Of a stretch of DNA of 64,000 bases, positions 49,845-59,045 are shown in pieces. Each line of letters starts with the position of its first letter. The stretch's first letter is position 1. This DNA comes from an uncultured virus (IMG/VR IMGVR_UViG_3300032676_000720) (Duplodnaviria; Heunggongvirae; Uroviricota; Caudoviricetes). The position numbers were made by a program, and so were the translations under genes. Location: the IMG/VR virus record IMGVR_UViG_3300032676_000720, one strand, 5' to 3'. The notes under the pieces were generated by a model that was not told the DNA's origin, ran no database searches, and worked only from the letters and a program-made list of their open reading frames with translations.

Positions 49845-50392
49845 ATGCGTTCGGAACAAACTTCCCAATTGATAATCTTCCAGAAGCTGTCGATATACTT
49901 TTCTTTGTCCCATTGGTATTGAAGGCTCCATGCATGTTCCCAAAAATCGACGAGAAGACAGATATCAGTCCGCACTTGGTGATTAGGAATAGTCTTAATT
50001 GTACCCGATGTACTAAGATATACCCACCCTGAACCTTGAAGGGCCATGGCCACTTTTTTAAATTCTTCCTTAAAGTCTTCATATGTTTTAAAGTTAGTTT
50101 CAATAAGCTCCAATACAGCTCCCTTAGGACGATTAGCGCCTTTAGGTGCTTTTAACTGTGGGAAAAACTTATTATGTAAGAACGACCCAGCGCGGTTAAA
50201 TTTAGGATCGCCTTCGCCAGCATTGTATTTTTTAGCATAGGCTTTGGCCAAGTGCTCATAATGATAATCTATAGTTGCGGCACTCATAACAGGCTCTAAA
50301 TCTTTAGGCTTGTATGGTAATGGTGTTGTTTCTAGTTTAGCTGGAACTGTGGTAGCTTCGACTAAATCGATTGTTTTGCGAATATCGTTCAT
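49841..50392 (-). CDS. Fe/Mn superoxide dismutase (compact)
   Basis: LPY...[26 protein letters not shown]. Confidence 0.88.
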   Translation of the reverse strand: MNDIRKTIDLVEATTVPAKLETTPLPYKPKDLEPVMSAATIDYHYEHLAKAYAKKYNAGEGDPKFNRAGSFLHNKFFPQLKAPKGANRPKGAVLELIETNFKTYEDFKEEFKKVAMALQGSGWVYLSTSGTIKTIPNHQVRTDICLLVDFWEHAWSLQYQWDKEKYIDSFWKIINWEVCSERI

Positions 50393-50400
50393 GCTAATAT

Positions 50401-50619
50401 TTAGCGTCTGCGTGTAATGCGCCCACGATTGAGATCGTAAGGGGAAAATTCTAATTCTACCGTATCGCCTTCTAGAACTTTAATATTGTTCTGACGCATT
50501 CTACCGCTCAAACTGGCAAGTACTGGGTTTTCAAAGTTTTCTAATTTTACACGGTATTGGGTATTTCTTAACACTTCTGTAATAATACCCTCCATTTTTA
50601 TAACATCATCTTTTGCCAA
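50401..50619 (-). CDS. infA: translation initiation factor IF-1
   Basis: MAKDDVIKMEG..SGRMR..I.VL.GD.V..E.SPYDL.RGRI. Confidence 0.95.
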   Translation of the reverse strand: MAKDDVIKMEGIITEVLRNTQYRVKLENFENPVLASLSGRMRQNNIKVLEGDTVELEFSPYDLNRGRITRRR

Positions 50620-50654
50620 TTTTTTAGTTTCTCTCCCTCGTATATTACTTATGA

Positions 50655-51050
50655 TTATCTACGCATAGAACTAATATCTTTAGCTTCTTCGTCGCTAAAA
50701 ATTGGCACTCCGTTGGACTTGTGCATAGTGCCAATACCTTTAACTTTAGTACCAGTATAAGTGTTATCTTTGACTTTAACACAAGGAACCCAACCTGTAT
50801 CTTTGGATTCAATCTTTGGAGTTTCGCGGCCTGGCGGAGTTTTGGGCATGAAATCCGACATAGTTTTACGGGGAGAATTGTAAGGGCCTGTGCTAAACTT
50901 AGGAGCCATTTTATCAAACTCAACTAGCTTACGATCCCAATCAGCTTGTCGTGCTTGTGCTAGTTTCTTAGCTTCAGAACTTGCCCATTTGCGTTTAGTT
51001 TTTTGCTTGCCAGTTGTGGATAACCACGGTCCTTCTAAATGAAAGCTCAT
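50655..51050 (-). CDS. hypothetical protein
   Basis: YTGT..GIGTMHKSN.VPIF motif. Confidence 0.7.
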   Translation of the reverse strand: MSFHLEGPWLSTTGKQKTKRKWASSEAKKLAQARQADWDRKLVEFDKMAPKFSTGPYNSPRKTMSDFMPKTPPGRETPKIESKDTGWVPCVKVKDNTYTGTKVKGIGTMHKSNGVPIFSDEEAKDISSMRR

Positions 51051-51178
51051 ACTTTATCTATACCGTTTAAACTGTTAAAGGGAATTTTGTAAACAGAATA
51101 CTTGAGTGCTTCGCCGAGAGTAGCAAAGTACTTGCTGTATGTAACATTAAGATGGGAGTAACTAATTTTATAACTCAT
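51047..51178 (-). CDS. small hypothetical protein (43 aa)
   Basis: leaderless after TTGACA-17-TATAAT (51185-51213); ATGA overlap with next gene. Confidence 0.55.
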   Translation of the reverse strand: MSYKISYSHLNVTYSKYFATLGEALKYSVYKIPFNSLNGIDKV

Positions 51179-51214
51179 ACTACTATTATAGCGTAGTATG
51201 AGTTATTTGTCAAC

Positions 51215-51886
51215 TTATTCGTAAAAGATATGATGCCCAGTTTTAGTAATATATCTCTTGGTGCTAGCCCATACTGGTCGTATTCCAGTAGAATGGAAGT
51301 ACATAGCAGTACCATATTTGGTACGATATTCACTATATTCCCCGCGGGCAATACCTTCGGCGATTTGTTTACTTTCTACCCAACGCTCATCATCGGATTT
51401 AGGTTTCGAAACGTACCCAGCGCATACCCAGCTAAACTGACATACCGGAACTTGCTGTACGACTTCTGTAGTTTTGGTAACAGTTTCTGGGCGACCAAAA
51501 TAGCCAACATGGACTACTTCTGTCTTTTTAACTTCTCGAGTTTTGGTTACGACTGTACGAGCTTTTACTACTTCGCATACACTCTTACCAAATCGTGGAT
51601 CTTGGGCACGATTAATTGTAACGATACCTACAGCAATTTTGCCTTCGGTTGGTTCGCTACCCGACTCGTAAAATATGTTACGAGCTAAACACTCTACATC
51701 CTTGTCTGAAAGGAATGGTGTCGCAATTAAATTTACAGTACGCTCTACAAAATATGTAGCTTGGCCAACCATCTGTCCTGTAAATGTTGTATTGTCTGCT
51801 AAGACAACTACTTCTTGTTTTACTTCTGCTGCTTGTACTACAATACTGCTTACTACTAGTAATAACGATAATAAGATATTCTTCAT
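51215..51886 (-). CDS. SleB-like cell wall hydrolase (Hydrolase_2)
   Basis: CLARNIFYES..E..GK.AV..V.INR, CQFSW, GHHIFY; signal peptide. Confidence 0.9.
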   Translation of the reverse strand: MKNILLSLLLVVSSIVVQAAEVKQEVVVLADNTTFTGQMVGQATYFVERTVNLIATPFLSDKDVECLARNIFYESGSEPTEGKIAVGIVTINRAQDPRFGKSVCEVVKARTVVTKTREVKKTEVVHVGYFGRPETVTKTTEVVQQVPVCQFSWVCAGYVSKPKSDDERWVESKQIAEGIARGEYSEYRTKYGTAMYFHSTGIRPVWASTKRYITKTGHHIFYE

Positions 51887-52213
51887 TTCGTTCTCCTCAC
51901 GGCACAACTGGGCCAGTTCAGCGGATGCTCAGGATGAGCGCATTGACAATGATGGAGAGTGTAGGTACGAGACCTCGGCCTTCTTTGGCATTTACTCTTT
52001 CGTATATTAAACAACTAATATACAATACCATATTGTCAACGAAAAGGATTTCCGAAGTCCTCTTTCGAATCGGATTCAAACTGACATCCGGTGCGTGACT
52101 TACATTTATATTCCGGACAAGCCCGTTCGGTGTTCGCTACTATATATACTTACTAAGTTTACTACAGAACAATAAAAAAAGCAATCATTTCGGTACCTTT
52201 TTGCCGTTAACTA

Positions 52214-52831
52214 CTAATATAATGGCTCCGGTGGAGGCATAGCTTTAAGTTTAGCCCACATCTCACCTTGTTCCTTTAATTTGGCTTCTAATGCGCGATA
52301 CTTGTCGCCTAATTCTTTAAGTTCATCCCATTCCTTTTCCAATTCTGGATTTGGAACTAAGACATTTAATCTTTCTTCAAGTTTTTGTATGACATCAGTT
52401 AAACTACGACCATTAATTTTTATGTCAGCGTTATCGCCTTCGAGATTTAATTGACCAGTAGCATTGGTGTATAAAGAAGTATTAGTGGCGTTAGTTGCGC
52501 CAAAATTATATCCAGTTCCTGCTCCGGCAGAGATAGTATATGGGCCAGTGTTAGCTCCAGTTAAACTAGGAGAGATTGTGTATCCGCCGCCAATAACAGT
52601 ATTACTATACAACGATCCAGATGCTGCTCCTGGATTAAGTGTAATGGTATCAGTTGTCGCACCGTTATTATAAGTTAAATCAAACGGATTATATGAACTT
52701 GAATATTCATAACCTGCTATTGTAACAGTATCTTCTGTTTCTGTTACCGGAGTCGGGTCATTAATTTTTTTAAGTGCGTTACGAATTTCATCCAATTGTT
52801 CTTGAGCCAATTGCTCTTGCGTAAGGTCCAT
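52214..52831 (-). CDS. hypothetical protein
   Basis: 205 aa ORF. Confidence 0.7.
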   Translation of the reverse strand: MDLTQEQLAQEQLDEIRNALKKINDPTPVTETEDTVTIAGYEYSSSYNPFDLTYNNGATTDTITLNPGAASGSLYSNTVIGGGYTISPSLTGANTGPYTISAGAGTGYNFGATNATNTSLYTNATGQLNLEGDNADIKINGRSLTDVIQKLEERLNVLVPNPELEKEWDELKELGDKYRALEAKLKEQGEMWAKLKAMPPPEPLY

Positions 52832-52962
52832 GTGCCATCCTTATTATCAATCCACTCTAGCGTGTCGCCGACCTTCCAGCCGGCTTCACGACAGAGCTCA
52901 TCACCGAGATCCAGGATTAAGTCGCCTGTATCTGGATCTTCGATGATATTTCTTGTTGCCAT
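52744..52962 (-). CDS. AbrB/MazE-like DNA-binding protein
   Basis: GDLIL.L.DELC..AGWKVGDTLEW. Confidence 0.6.
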   Translation of the reverse strand: MATRNIIEDPDTGDLILDLGDELCREAGWKVGDTLEWIDNKDGTWTLRKSNWLKNNWMKFVTHLKKLMTRLR

Positions 52963-52963
52963 A

Positions 52964-53152
52964 TTACTTAACAGACAATGCTTCTTTTTCTGCTGTAATT
53001 TCTTTACGACGCTCTTTGATGCCCTTAGACATTTCTTGTAATGCTTTACGTGCCCTGGCGGCAGATGCTTTAACGCCTTTAGTTGTAAACTTAGTGTTTT
53101 CTTCGATATATGTATTATAAGCCGCTACAATAGCGTCATGTTGTTGTGACAT
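52964..53152 (-). CDS. histone H1-like (Hc1-family) small protein
   Basis: KGVKASAARARKALQE...RKEI. Confidence 0.7.
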   Translation of the reverse strand: MSQQHDAIVAAYNTYIEENTKFTTKGVKASAARARKALQEMSKGIKERRKEITAEKEALSVK

Positions 53153-53231
53153 TTAATTTCCTTTATATTAATATTATGCTTTCGCATTACACTATAATAC
53201 GCATTAATGCGCTAATAGTCAACCTTATTGA

Positions 53232-53909
53232 TTAAGTTGTTTTTTTCTTACAGCGATCCATGTGCCATCTTTTCATGATACTAAGACCGCCAGTTTTATT
53301 ACAATGAGGACAAGTTATTACTTCTTTAATTCCTGCCCTTATTCCTACTAACTCGCCCGATGCTAACCGAGGATCGTCTACTGATACCTGCATAACATTG
53401 CCATTTTTATCTTTTACTGTAGTAGTTCCGGCTGTAGCATTAACTAACTCGCCAGTTTTAATTCTAATATCATCTACTGCTACTCTAAATTTATTGCCAG
53501 CTTTATCAACTACGGTTACCTTACCTTTAGTATGTGCTACTAACTCTCCGGATATAAACCGAGGATCGTCAACGGCTACTCTAAATTTATTACCGGCTTT
53601 ATCTATCACTGGAGTAGTGCCTTTATTGCGTCCTTTAGGACCAAACCCTCCGCCAGACTCAGGAATCCTATTAGCCCATTCTGCGCTCTCAACTATATTC
53701 CATTTCTCACTAAGTCGTCGCCCTTCATTATCAATTACCGATTTATCATCAGATTGACATATTATTTCAGTAATATGATTCTTTCCGTGCTCTGCTAAAT
53801 GTAGTTTCCAGTCAACCCCGGATCCTCGATATTTAAACGGATCCCGTTCTGTCTGTCCCAGATACTTTAATCCAGTAACCGAGTGAGTCTTAAGATAAAG
53901 ATAGTGCAT
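53232..53909 (-). CDS. GIY-YIG (Seg-like) homing endonuclease
   Basis: YLYLKTH..TGLKYLG..Y.GSG..W; three internal repeats; C-terminal CPHC..RWH..C. Confidence 0.85.
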   Translation of the reverse strand: MHYLYLKTHSVTGLKYLGQTERDPFKYRGSGVDWKLHLAEHGKNHITEIICQSDDKSVIDNEGRRLSEKWNIVESAEWANRIPESGGGFGPKGRNKGTTPVIDKAGNKFRVAVDDPRFISGELVAHTKGKVTVVDKAGNKFRVAVDDIRIKTGELVNATAGTTTVKDKNGNVMQVSVDDPRLASGELVGIRAGIKEVITCPHCNKTGGLSIMKRWHMDRCKKKTT

Positions 53910-53952
53910 ACTAGTTAATTATACACGATTTACAATAATAGTCAAATTTTTA

Positions 53953-54195
53953 TTAGAAATAAACGTGTCGTTTGGCATAACAGTCCCAAACTAATATATT
54001 GTCCCAACTATGTGTCCAAGTTACTATAAACAGACTAAGGGTATTGTGGTCAAAGATATGTAATTTATTGTCATCTACTCTTGCTTGAATTGAACGGCTA
54101 GTAGTTGTCCATTTTTGTAAACGGTTTCGTGCTTCTGGATCTCTCATTATTACGGTATACAGAGAGTCACCGTTTTTAAAAACTGGTAAGGTCAT
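53953..54195 (-). CDS. hypothetical protein
   Basis: coupled ORF. Confidence 0.6.
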   Translation of the reverse strand: MTLPVFKNGDSLYTVIMRDPEARNRLQKWTTTSRSIQARVDDNKLHIFDHNTLSLFIVTWTHSWDNILVWDCYAKRHVYF

Positions 54196-54941
54196 TTACG
54201 TTCTATATCTTCTTCTTGACAGTCTTCACCATATTGTATTTCAACTATGCGACACGGATTGTCTGACATATTAATTAATTGGTGCCAAGTATTTACTGGA
54301 ATGTCAATTGTTTCGTGTGTGCTGAGTTTTACAATATTGTCATCACCTGCTACACGACCTTCGCCTTCTTCTACTACCCAATACTCGCTACGCTTAAAAT
54401 GTCGTTGCATACTTAAACTCTTACCTGGATTGACTGTAAGCTCTTTAACCTTCATGCCCGGAGCTTCGTGTAGTACACGATAATGACCCCATTGGCGTTC
54501 TGTTTTAGGCGCTTTCCATTCTTGTAGTATCCAAGATGATGAATTCATTTTGTTTTCGCCACCAACTCCAAATACAAATTCTAGATTGCTATCGACTAAA
54601 TCCATTTCAGGAATGTTGGTACTAGTTCTATCGCCACCGTTAGCAAATATAATCTTATCATTTGGATAACTTTGTCGGGCCATTGTGATAGCGTGTTTAG
54701 CTGAGTTATCTGAATCATTGAAGTCAATAACATAATCAACTCCTACAATGTTTTGTACGATAGCCGAGCGTTCCGAATAAGGCATAAATGCTCGTCCTTT
54801 TTTACGCATCAGCCAAGCATCTGAATTAACACCAACTACTAATATATCTCCCAGCTTTTTTGCGGCTTGAAGGTAAGCAATATGTCCAGAGTGTAGCGGA
54901 TCAAAGCCGCCAGTTACTACAACAATTTTTAAAGGTTTCAT
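54192..54941 (-). CDS. cytidylyltransferase fused to mannose-6-phosphate-isomerase-type cupin
   Basis: TGGFDPLHSGH; R.WG.Y, LSMQRH..RSEYW, EIQYG..EEDIER. Confidence 0.88.
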   Translation of the reverse strand: MKPLKIVVVTGGFDPLHSGHIAYLQAAKKLGDILVVGVNSDAWLMRKKGRAFMPYSERSAIVQNIVGVDYVIDFNDSDNSAKHAITMARQSYPNDKIIFANGGDRTSTNIPEMDLVDSNLEFVFGVGGENKMNSSSWILQEWKAPKTERQWGHYRVLHEAPGMKVKELTVNPGKSLSMQRHFKRSEYWVVEEGEGRVAGDDNIVKLSTHETIDIPVNTWHQLINMSDNPCRIVEIQYGEDCQEEDIERK

Positions 54942-55184
54942 TTAATGTAAAGTTTGGTTACCGCTATCGGCTGATGTTAAATCAACCATTTGAGAAATGT
55001 ATTTACTAAAATCATCTGTGAGCTCTATACGATCTTCATCACACTCTTGCGCTTCTTCATCGCTAACACCAATTAAGCGCATCAAGGCACCCATATGAAC
55101 TTCTTTGATGCCATGTTTATGTAGCACCATCATTAGTTCCATTATGATTAGCCTAACTTCTTGATCAATTTCAGCATCAGTCAT
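54942..55184 (-). CDS. hypothetical protein
   Basis: 80 aa ORF. Confidence 0.6.
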   Translation of the reverse strand: MTDAEIDQEVRLIIMELMMVLHKHGIKEVHMGALMRLIGVSDEEAQECDEDRIELTDDFSKYISQMVDLTSADSGNQTLH

Positions 55185-55218
55185 ACTTTTAATTATCCAA
55201 ACTGAAATTATAGTTGTG

Positions 55219-55240
55219 AAAAAGCGGCCGAAGCCGCTTA
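55219..55240 (-). terminator. intrinsic terminator
   Basis: AAGCGGC-TTCG-GCCGCTTTT on minus strand. Confidence 0.75.
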
Positions 55241-55255
55241 TAATACTAACTGTTA

Positions 55256-56011
55256 TTAATTTTTTAAGTTTTTATCAAAGAATTCTTTAGTTTTAATAGC
55301 TGATTGAGTAGCCGCAAACTCATCCCAAGCTAACGCATGGCCGCCCCATTTAATTCTATATGCTACAGGTAAATCAAAGGAATGGTAAGCATCAGGGTAA
55401 GAATTAATGTCGTGCTTTGGATTATTATATTCTTTTAATGCTACGCATGGGCCCGGTAATGTCCAATCATCTTTGGCGCCCACATGCATTTGTAATGGGA
55501 CCAAAGGATTCTTTTCAAGTTCAGTTACACAATTACCATAATATGATATCATAGCATCTACGGATCGTTTTGCTCGTTTAGTTGGGGCAAATGAATTGAT
55601 AGCAGAGCCACCATGACTCCAACCAATTACACCAATTTTACCTTTGTGCCAAGGTTGTTGCTTAATCCATTGTGATACATATTCAATATCATATGTGCGT
55701 GACCATGCTGAATTTCTTACACCATTTACGCATTCGTGTGTGTAACCACGCTCTGTAAAACTGTCTGGCAATACAACATTGTATCCGTAAGTTTGATAAA
55801 GCTGAGCCCAACCTATTTCATGTGGGTCAAGTCCAAAGCAGGTGTGTAAAGCAATAATAGTTGGTGCTGGGTGGTCTTGTTTTAATACCATTACACCAAT
55901 ATTGAAATCTTGTTTTAAGTAATCATCATGTACCAATACATGATCATCGAAAAAATATGCTTGTGCTGTTAAACAATAACCTAACATCAGTGTCATTAAT
56001 AGTTTACGCAT
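55256..56011 (-). CDS. secreted dienelactone-hydrolase-family alpha/beta hydrolase
   Basis: signal peptide, GWSHGG nucleophile, D.W, YPDAYHSFD. Confidence 0.85.
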   Translation of the reverse strand: MRKLLMTLMLGYCLTAQAYFFDDHVLVHDDYLKQDFNIGVMVLKQDHPAPTIIALHTCFGLDPHEIGWAQLYQTYGYNVVLPDSFTERGYTHECVNGVRNSAWSRTYDIEYVSQWIKQQPWHKGKIGVIGWSHGGSAINSFAPTKRAKRSVDAMISYYGNCVTELEKNPLVPLQMHVGAKDDWTLPGPCVALKEYNNPKHDINSYPDAYHSFDLPVAYRIKWGGHALAWDEFAATQSAIKTKEFFDKNLKN

Positions 56012-56090
56012 TTTTGTTCCGTATATAAAAATAGTTGTCTGAAGTTAAATTAATGCTAAAGGACTTACGGCCAAAGCCTGCCTTTAGTTA

Positions 56091-56417
56091 TTAGGCTGTT
56101 ACTTTTGGTGTAGCCTTGGCAGTAGCTTTTACGCTAGTTGCCTTAACTTTAACTTCGCCTTTTTTGGCTAGTTTAGTTTTTTCAGCTACTTTGCTTGCTA
56201 CTGCGTAGCCAGCGTCACCTTGTGTGATGCCTTGCTCTTGAAGATACTGAAGTGCTTCAAGTTTTGTCATTGGCTTTGGGAGCTCAACGAGATTTACATC
56301 TGTGTGTCCAGCGCGATGTAACGCTTTAATACGGCTTACCAAATCATTGGCAAAACGAACTTTAACCTCGCCTTGACGATTAGATGTACCTGCTACTGTG
56401 AATAAAGATTGTGTCAT
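56091..56417 (-). CDS. hypothetical basic protein
   Basis: TTGACA-17-TATACT upstream (56481-56509). Confidence 0.7.
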   Translation of the reverse strand: MTQSLFTVAGTSNRQGEVKVRFANDLVSRIKALHRAGHTDVNLVELPKPMTKLEALQYLQEQGITQGDAGYAVASKVAEKTKLAKKGEVKVKATSVKATAKATPKVTA

Positions 56418-56537
56418 TTTGATGCCTTTCTAAGATGCCTGTTTAAGTTAATTTAAATTTACTACTTTACTACTGTTACTAGTATAGCTGATTTGATTAT
56501 ATTTGTCAACTATATTAGTTCTTTTGGTTTACCAAAA

Positions 56538-56784
56538 TTACTTTGCTTGTTCTTGGATAACCGTTTTGGTTTGATCAATACCTTTATCTACTACACGGGC
56601 AATACCACTTAGACCCACTGTAGAAATAGCGATACCAACAAATACTCCAACCAAAAACTTAGTCATTTTCCGCCTCCTCTTCCTGCTCTACAATATAGTT
56701 AATATCGAAACGCTTACACCAATCCGCATATTCGCGTTCGAACTGTTCTTGTTCTTTGGCTTCCAATTCAAATACCTGTTCCAT
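56538..56784 (-). CDS. two tiny ORFs (56538-56666 membrane peptide; 56659-56784 acidic peptide)
   Basis: manual translation; overlapping starts and stops. Confidence 0.5.
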
Positions 56785-57188
56785 TATTTCACCTCGTATG
56801 GTTGATCCCACGCACCAATATTAATATCAATATAATATGCTGTGTCAAAGTAATCTGTCATTGCGTCACTGCGGTCATAGTAGCCAGTACCTTTGTGATA
56901 ACCTTCACCGCGGATTGGAGCTGTTTTGATAATTTGCTGAACTTGCTTTAAAAATGGTGCGTGTTCTTTGTAAAAACTATCAATATGGTAACCATTAATT
57001 TGTGCGTACTGACGTTTTTGATTGTACGCATCTTGATTAAAGATTGAACTAAAGTCTGTTGGACCTGATTTGATAGTTACCGATACAGCCATACCATCAC
57101 GTTTACGAACACCAAACTTGAACTCAGGGAAAGTTTCTTTAAGTTCTTTACGAATCTGTGCTACATCTTTTGCGTTAATATAAGCCAT
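56784..57188 (-). CDS. early hypothetical protein (LPD29-like)
   Basis: IRKELKETFP.FKF.VR..D.MTDYFD; TTGACG-17-TATACT at 57219-57247. Confidence 0.55.
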   Translation of the reverse strand: MAYINAKDVAQIRKELKETFPEFKFGVRKRDGMAVSVTIKSGPTDFSSIFNQDAYNQKRQYAQINGYHIDSFYKEHAPFLKQVQQIIKTAPIRGEGYHKGTGYYDRSDAMTDYFDTAYYIDINIGAWDQPYEVK

Positions 57189-57252
57189 TTAAAACTCCTT
57201 TTTGTTTACTATAATGCAAGTATAGTGCCAAATGAATTAATCGTCAACCGAA

Positions 57253-57564
57253 TTACATACTCCAGTAAGTTTCGCTAGCAGGGGATAAAAACAATGGGGT
57301 ATTAGCCTTTTCCATGTACTTTTTACCAGTCATTATGTTGGTTCTTTCAACTAAATCGTTGTTTTCATACAACGAAACTTTGAGCTGTTTAAGGTTCATA
57401 TCAATAGCGCAAAGACGAGCTGTACGGTTACCATTGTATTTTACATCAATCCACGGAACTGTATTGCCTGCGGCATTTTCGCTAAGAACAATATTAGTAA
57501 TTTCGCCATTCAATTTACCAGCTGCGCTTACCCAACTAATTTGATTTCCGATTGCTAATTTCAT
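57253..57564 (-). CDS. early hypothetical protein
   Basis: TTGACG-17-TATACT at 57595-57623, GGAG RBS. Confidence 0.65.
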   Translation of the reverse strand: MKLAIGNQISWVSAAGKLNGEITNIVLSENAAGNTVPWIDVKYNGNRTARLCAIDMNLKQLKVSLYENNDLVERTNIMTGKKYMEKANTPLFLSPASETYWSM

Positions 57565-57640
57565 TTGCTTCTCCTATTTGTTTACTATGTTAATAGTATA
57601 ACAAATTGGCAATTTCTCGTCAACCTTTTGGAAATCCCAC

Positions 57641-57666
57641 AAAAAAGCCCCAATTAAGGGGCTTAA
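57641..57666. terminator. intrinsic terminator
   Basis: AAGCCCC-AATTAA-GGGGCTT with T-run on minus strand. Confidence 0.7.
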
Positions 57667-57689
57667 AAGTGTTGTATATACACAACGAA

Positions 57690-57821
57690 TTAGAGTGTAA
57701 TTAGCTCGTAATCTGACTTACTTACACCACACTCCGGGCAACATACATCGTCTGGAAGTGCTTCCCAATCTGCTACTGATAACTCGTGTCCGCATACTAC
57801 ACATCGCATGATTTGATTCAT
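57690..57821 (-). CDS. rubredoxin-like protein (43 aa; missed by ORF track)
   Basis: CVVCG..WEALPDDVCCPECGVSKSDY; TAATG coupling to rubrerythrin. Confidence 0.85.
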   Translation of the reverse strand: MNQIMRCVVCGHELSVADWEALPDDVCCPECGVSKSDYELITL

Positions 57822-58270
57822 TATAGTGTCTCCAATTTAGTTTGATATGCTTCGGCATGGCGTTTTTCAACTCCAGCCAATGCTTTAAAACGCTTTTCAG
57901 CTTTAGCCAATACTTCAGCAAATTGTTCAGCGTGTTCTTTTGATTCTTCGATTTGGTGCTGTGCTTCGATGGCAGCCTGTTGATTACCTTCCTCAACTGC
58001 TTCTTTAAGCATTGTTGGGTACATATAGGTAAACTCTTCGGTCTCGCCGTCGATAGCCTTTTGTAAACATTCTTTGGTAGTTGGCTTACCGATAAGCAAT
58101 TCTAAATGGCCCCATGCGTGTAGCAATTCTTGGTCTGCCGTGTGTTCGAAATGCTTTGCTACTTCCTCATAGCCTTCGGCACGAGCAATCTTAGCAAAAT
58201 AACGATACTTGATATGAGCTTGTGACTCGCCGGCCAATGCCGACTCAAGATTTTTAATAGTAATACTCAT
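57821..58270 (-). CDS. rubrerythrin (ferritin-like di-iron domain)
   Basis: NLESALAGESQA..Y, QE..HA, GE..E...MYP, E..H; AGGAG RBS. Confidence 0.92.
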   Translation of the reverse strand: MSITIKNLESALAGESQAHIKYRYFAKIARAEGYEEVAKHFEHTADQELLHAWGHLELLIGKPTTKECLQKAIDGETEEFTYMYPTMLKEAVEEGNQQAAIEAQHQIEESKEHAEQFAEVLAKAEKRFKALAGVEKRHAEAYQTKLETL

Positions 58271-58335
58271 TGACATCTCCTTATAGTAAAGTAATATTGT
58301 AATAGTATTTACTAATAAGATCAAGCGAAATTAGC

Positions 58336-58383
58336 GATTTTTTCAATAATAATTTTAATAACGCTTATTGATTTTTTCAATAA
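58336..58383. promoter_or_regulatory. putative LysR/OxyR-type operator
   Basis: ATTG-N7-CAAT-N7-ATTA on minus strand; GATTTTTTCAATAA present twice. Confidence 0.45.
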
Positions 58384-58388
58384 CAAAA

Positions 58389-59045
58389 TTATAATAATGC
58401 CAAAACTTGTTCAGCAGTTAAATCTGGAAACTCTATACAAAATGTAAATCGGTCAACCGTATCTTTAATCTCATGTGCCGAATGAAACTCTAGTTGATTA
58501 AACAGATACCAAACGTCTTTCTCCATTACTAATCTATATACTTCTTCTAAGTGGTCTGGATTAGCATATTTGAGGAAATCATATTCAGTAAAGTCTACAA
58601 TTTTTTTATAGAATCTAGTTTCCATATCAGGTTCAGATAATACAACAAAGAAGCTAGATTTTCTTAAATGGTCAGTATGTAATAATAGATAATCCCCATC
58701 TCCTGCGTGTTGTAAAGTTAACACTATGTTTTGATTCTTAATACTATTTGGCAATAAGTTAATAATTTCTTGTGTAGCTTCTTTACTGATGTCGTAGTGA
58801 TTAAACTTACATCGCTTGCCATATAGTTCTTCGGATCGTCGTAACCTTTCGGCAAATTCTAAGGCTTGATCCTTTGTCATTATAGATTCAGGAATAGTTT
58901 GGCCCGATGGGTCTTTTTTAAACCACTCCCTTGCTTCTAAGTGATACGGCTCTCGGACTGTATAGCTTTTACTGTTAATAATTTCATTAACGATAGCTGT
59001 AACTTTGGATAAGTCAATGGGCGATTCTTTTAAGTAGAAACTCAT
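58389..59045 (-). CDS. putative 2OG-Fe(II) oxygenase-like protein
   Basis: LHTD...FHSA...R (HxD..H..R pattern). Confidence 0.5.
   Translation of the reverse strand: MSFYLKESPIDLSKVTAIVNEIINSKSYTVREPYHLEAREWFKKDPSGQTIPESIMTKDQALEFAERLRRSEELYGKRCKFNHYDISKEATQEIINLLPNSIKNQNIVLTLQHAGDGDYLLLHTDHLRKSSFFVVLSEPDMETRFYKKIVDFTEYDFLKYANPDHLEEVYRLVMEKDVWYLFNQLEFHSAHEIKDTVDRFTFCIEFPDLTAEQVLALL

Noticed and set aside
57718..57996. 92-aa alternative-frame ORF
   Set aside because: Overlaps rubrerythrin and rubredoxin, which have clear motifs in other frames.
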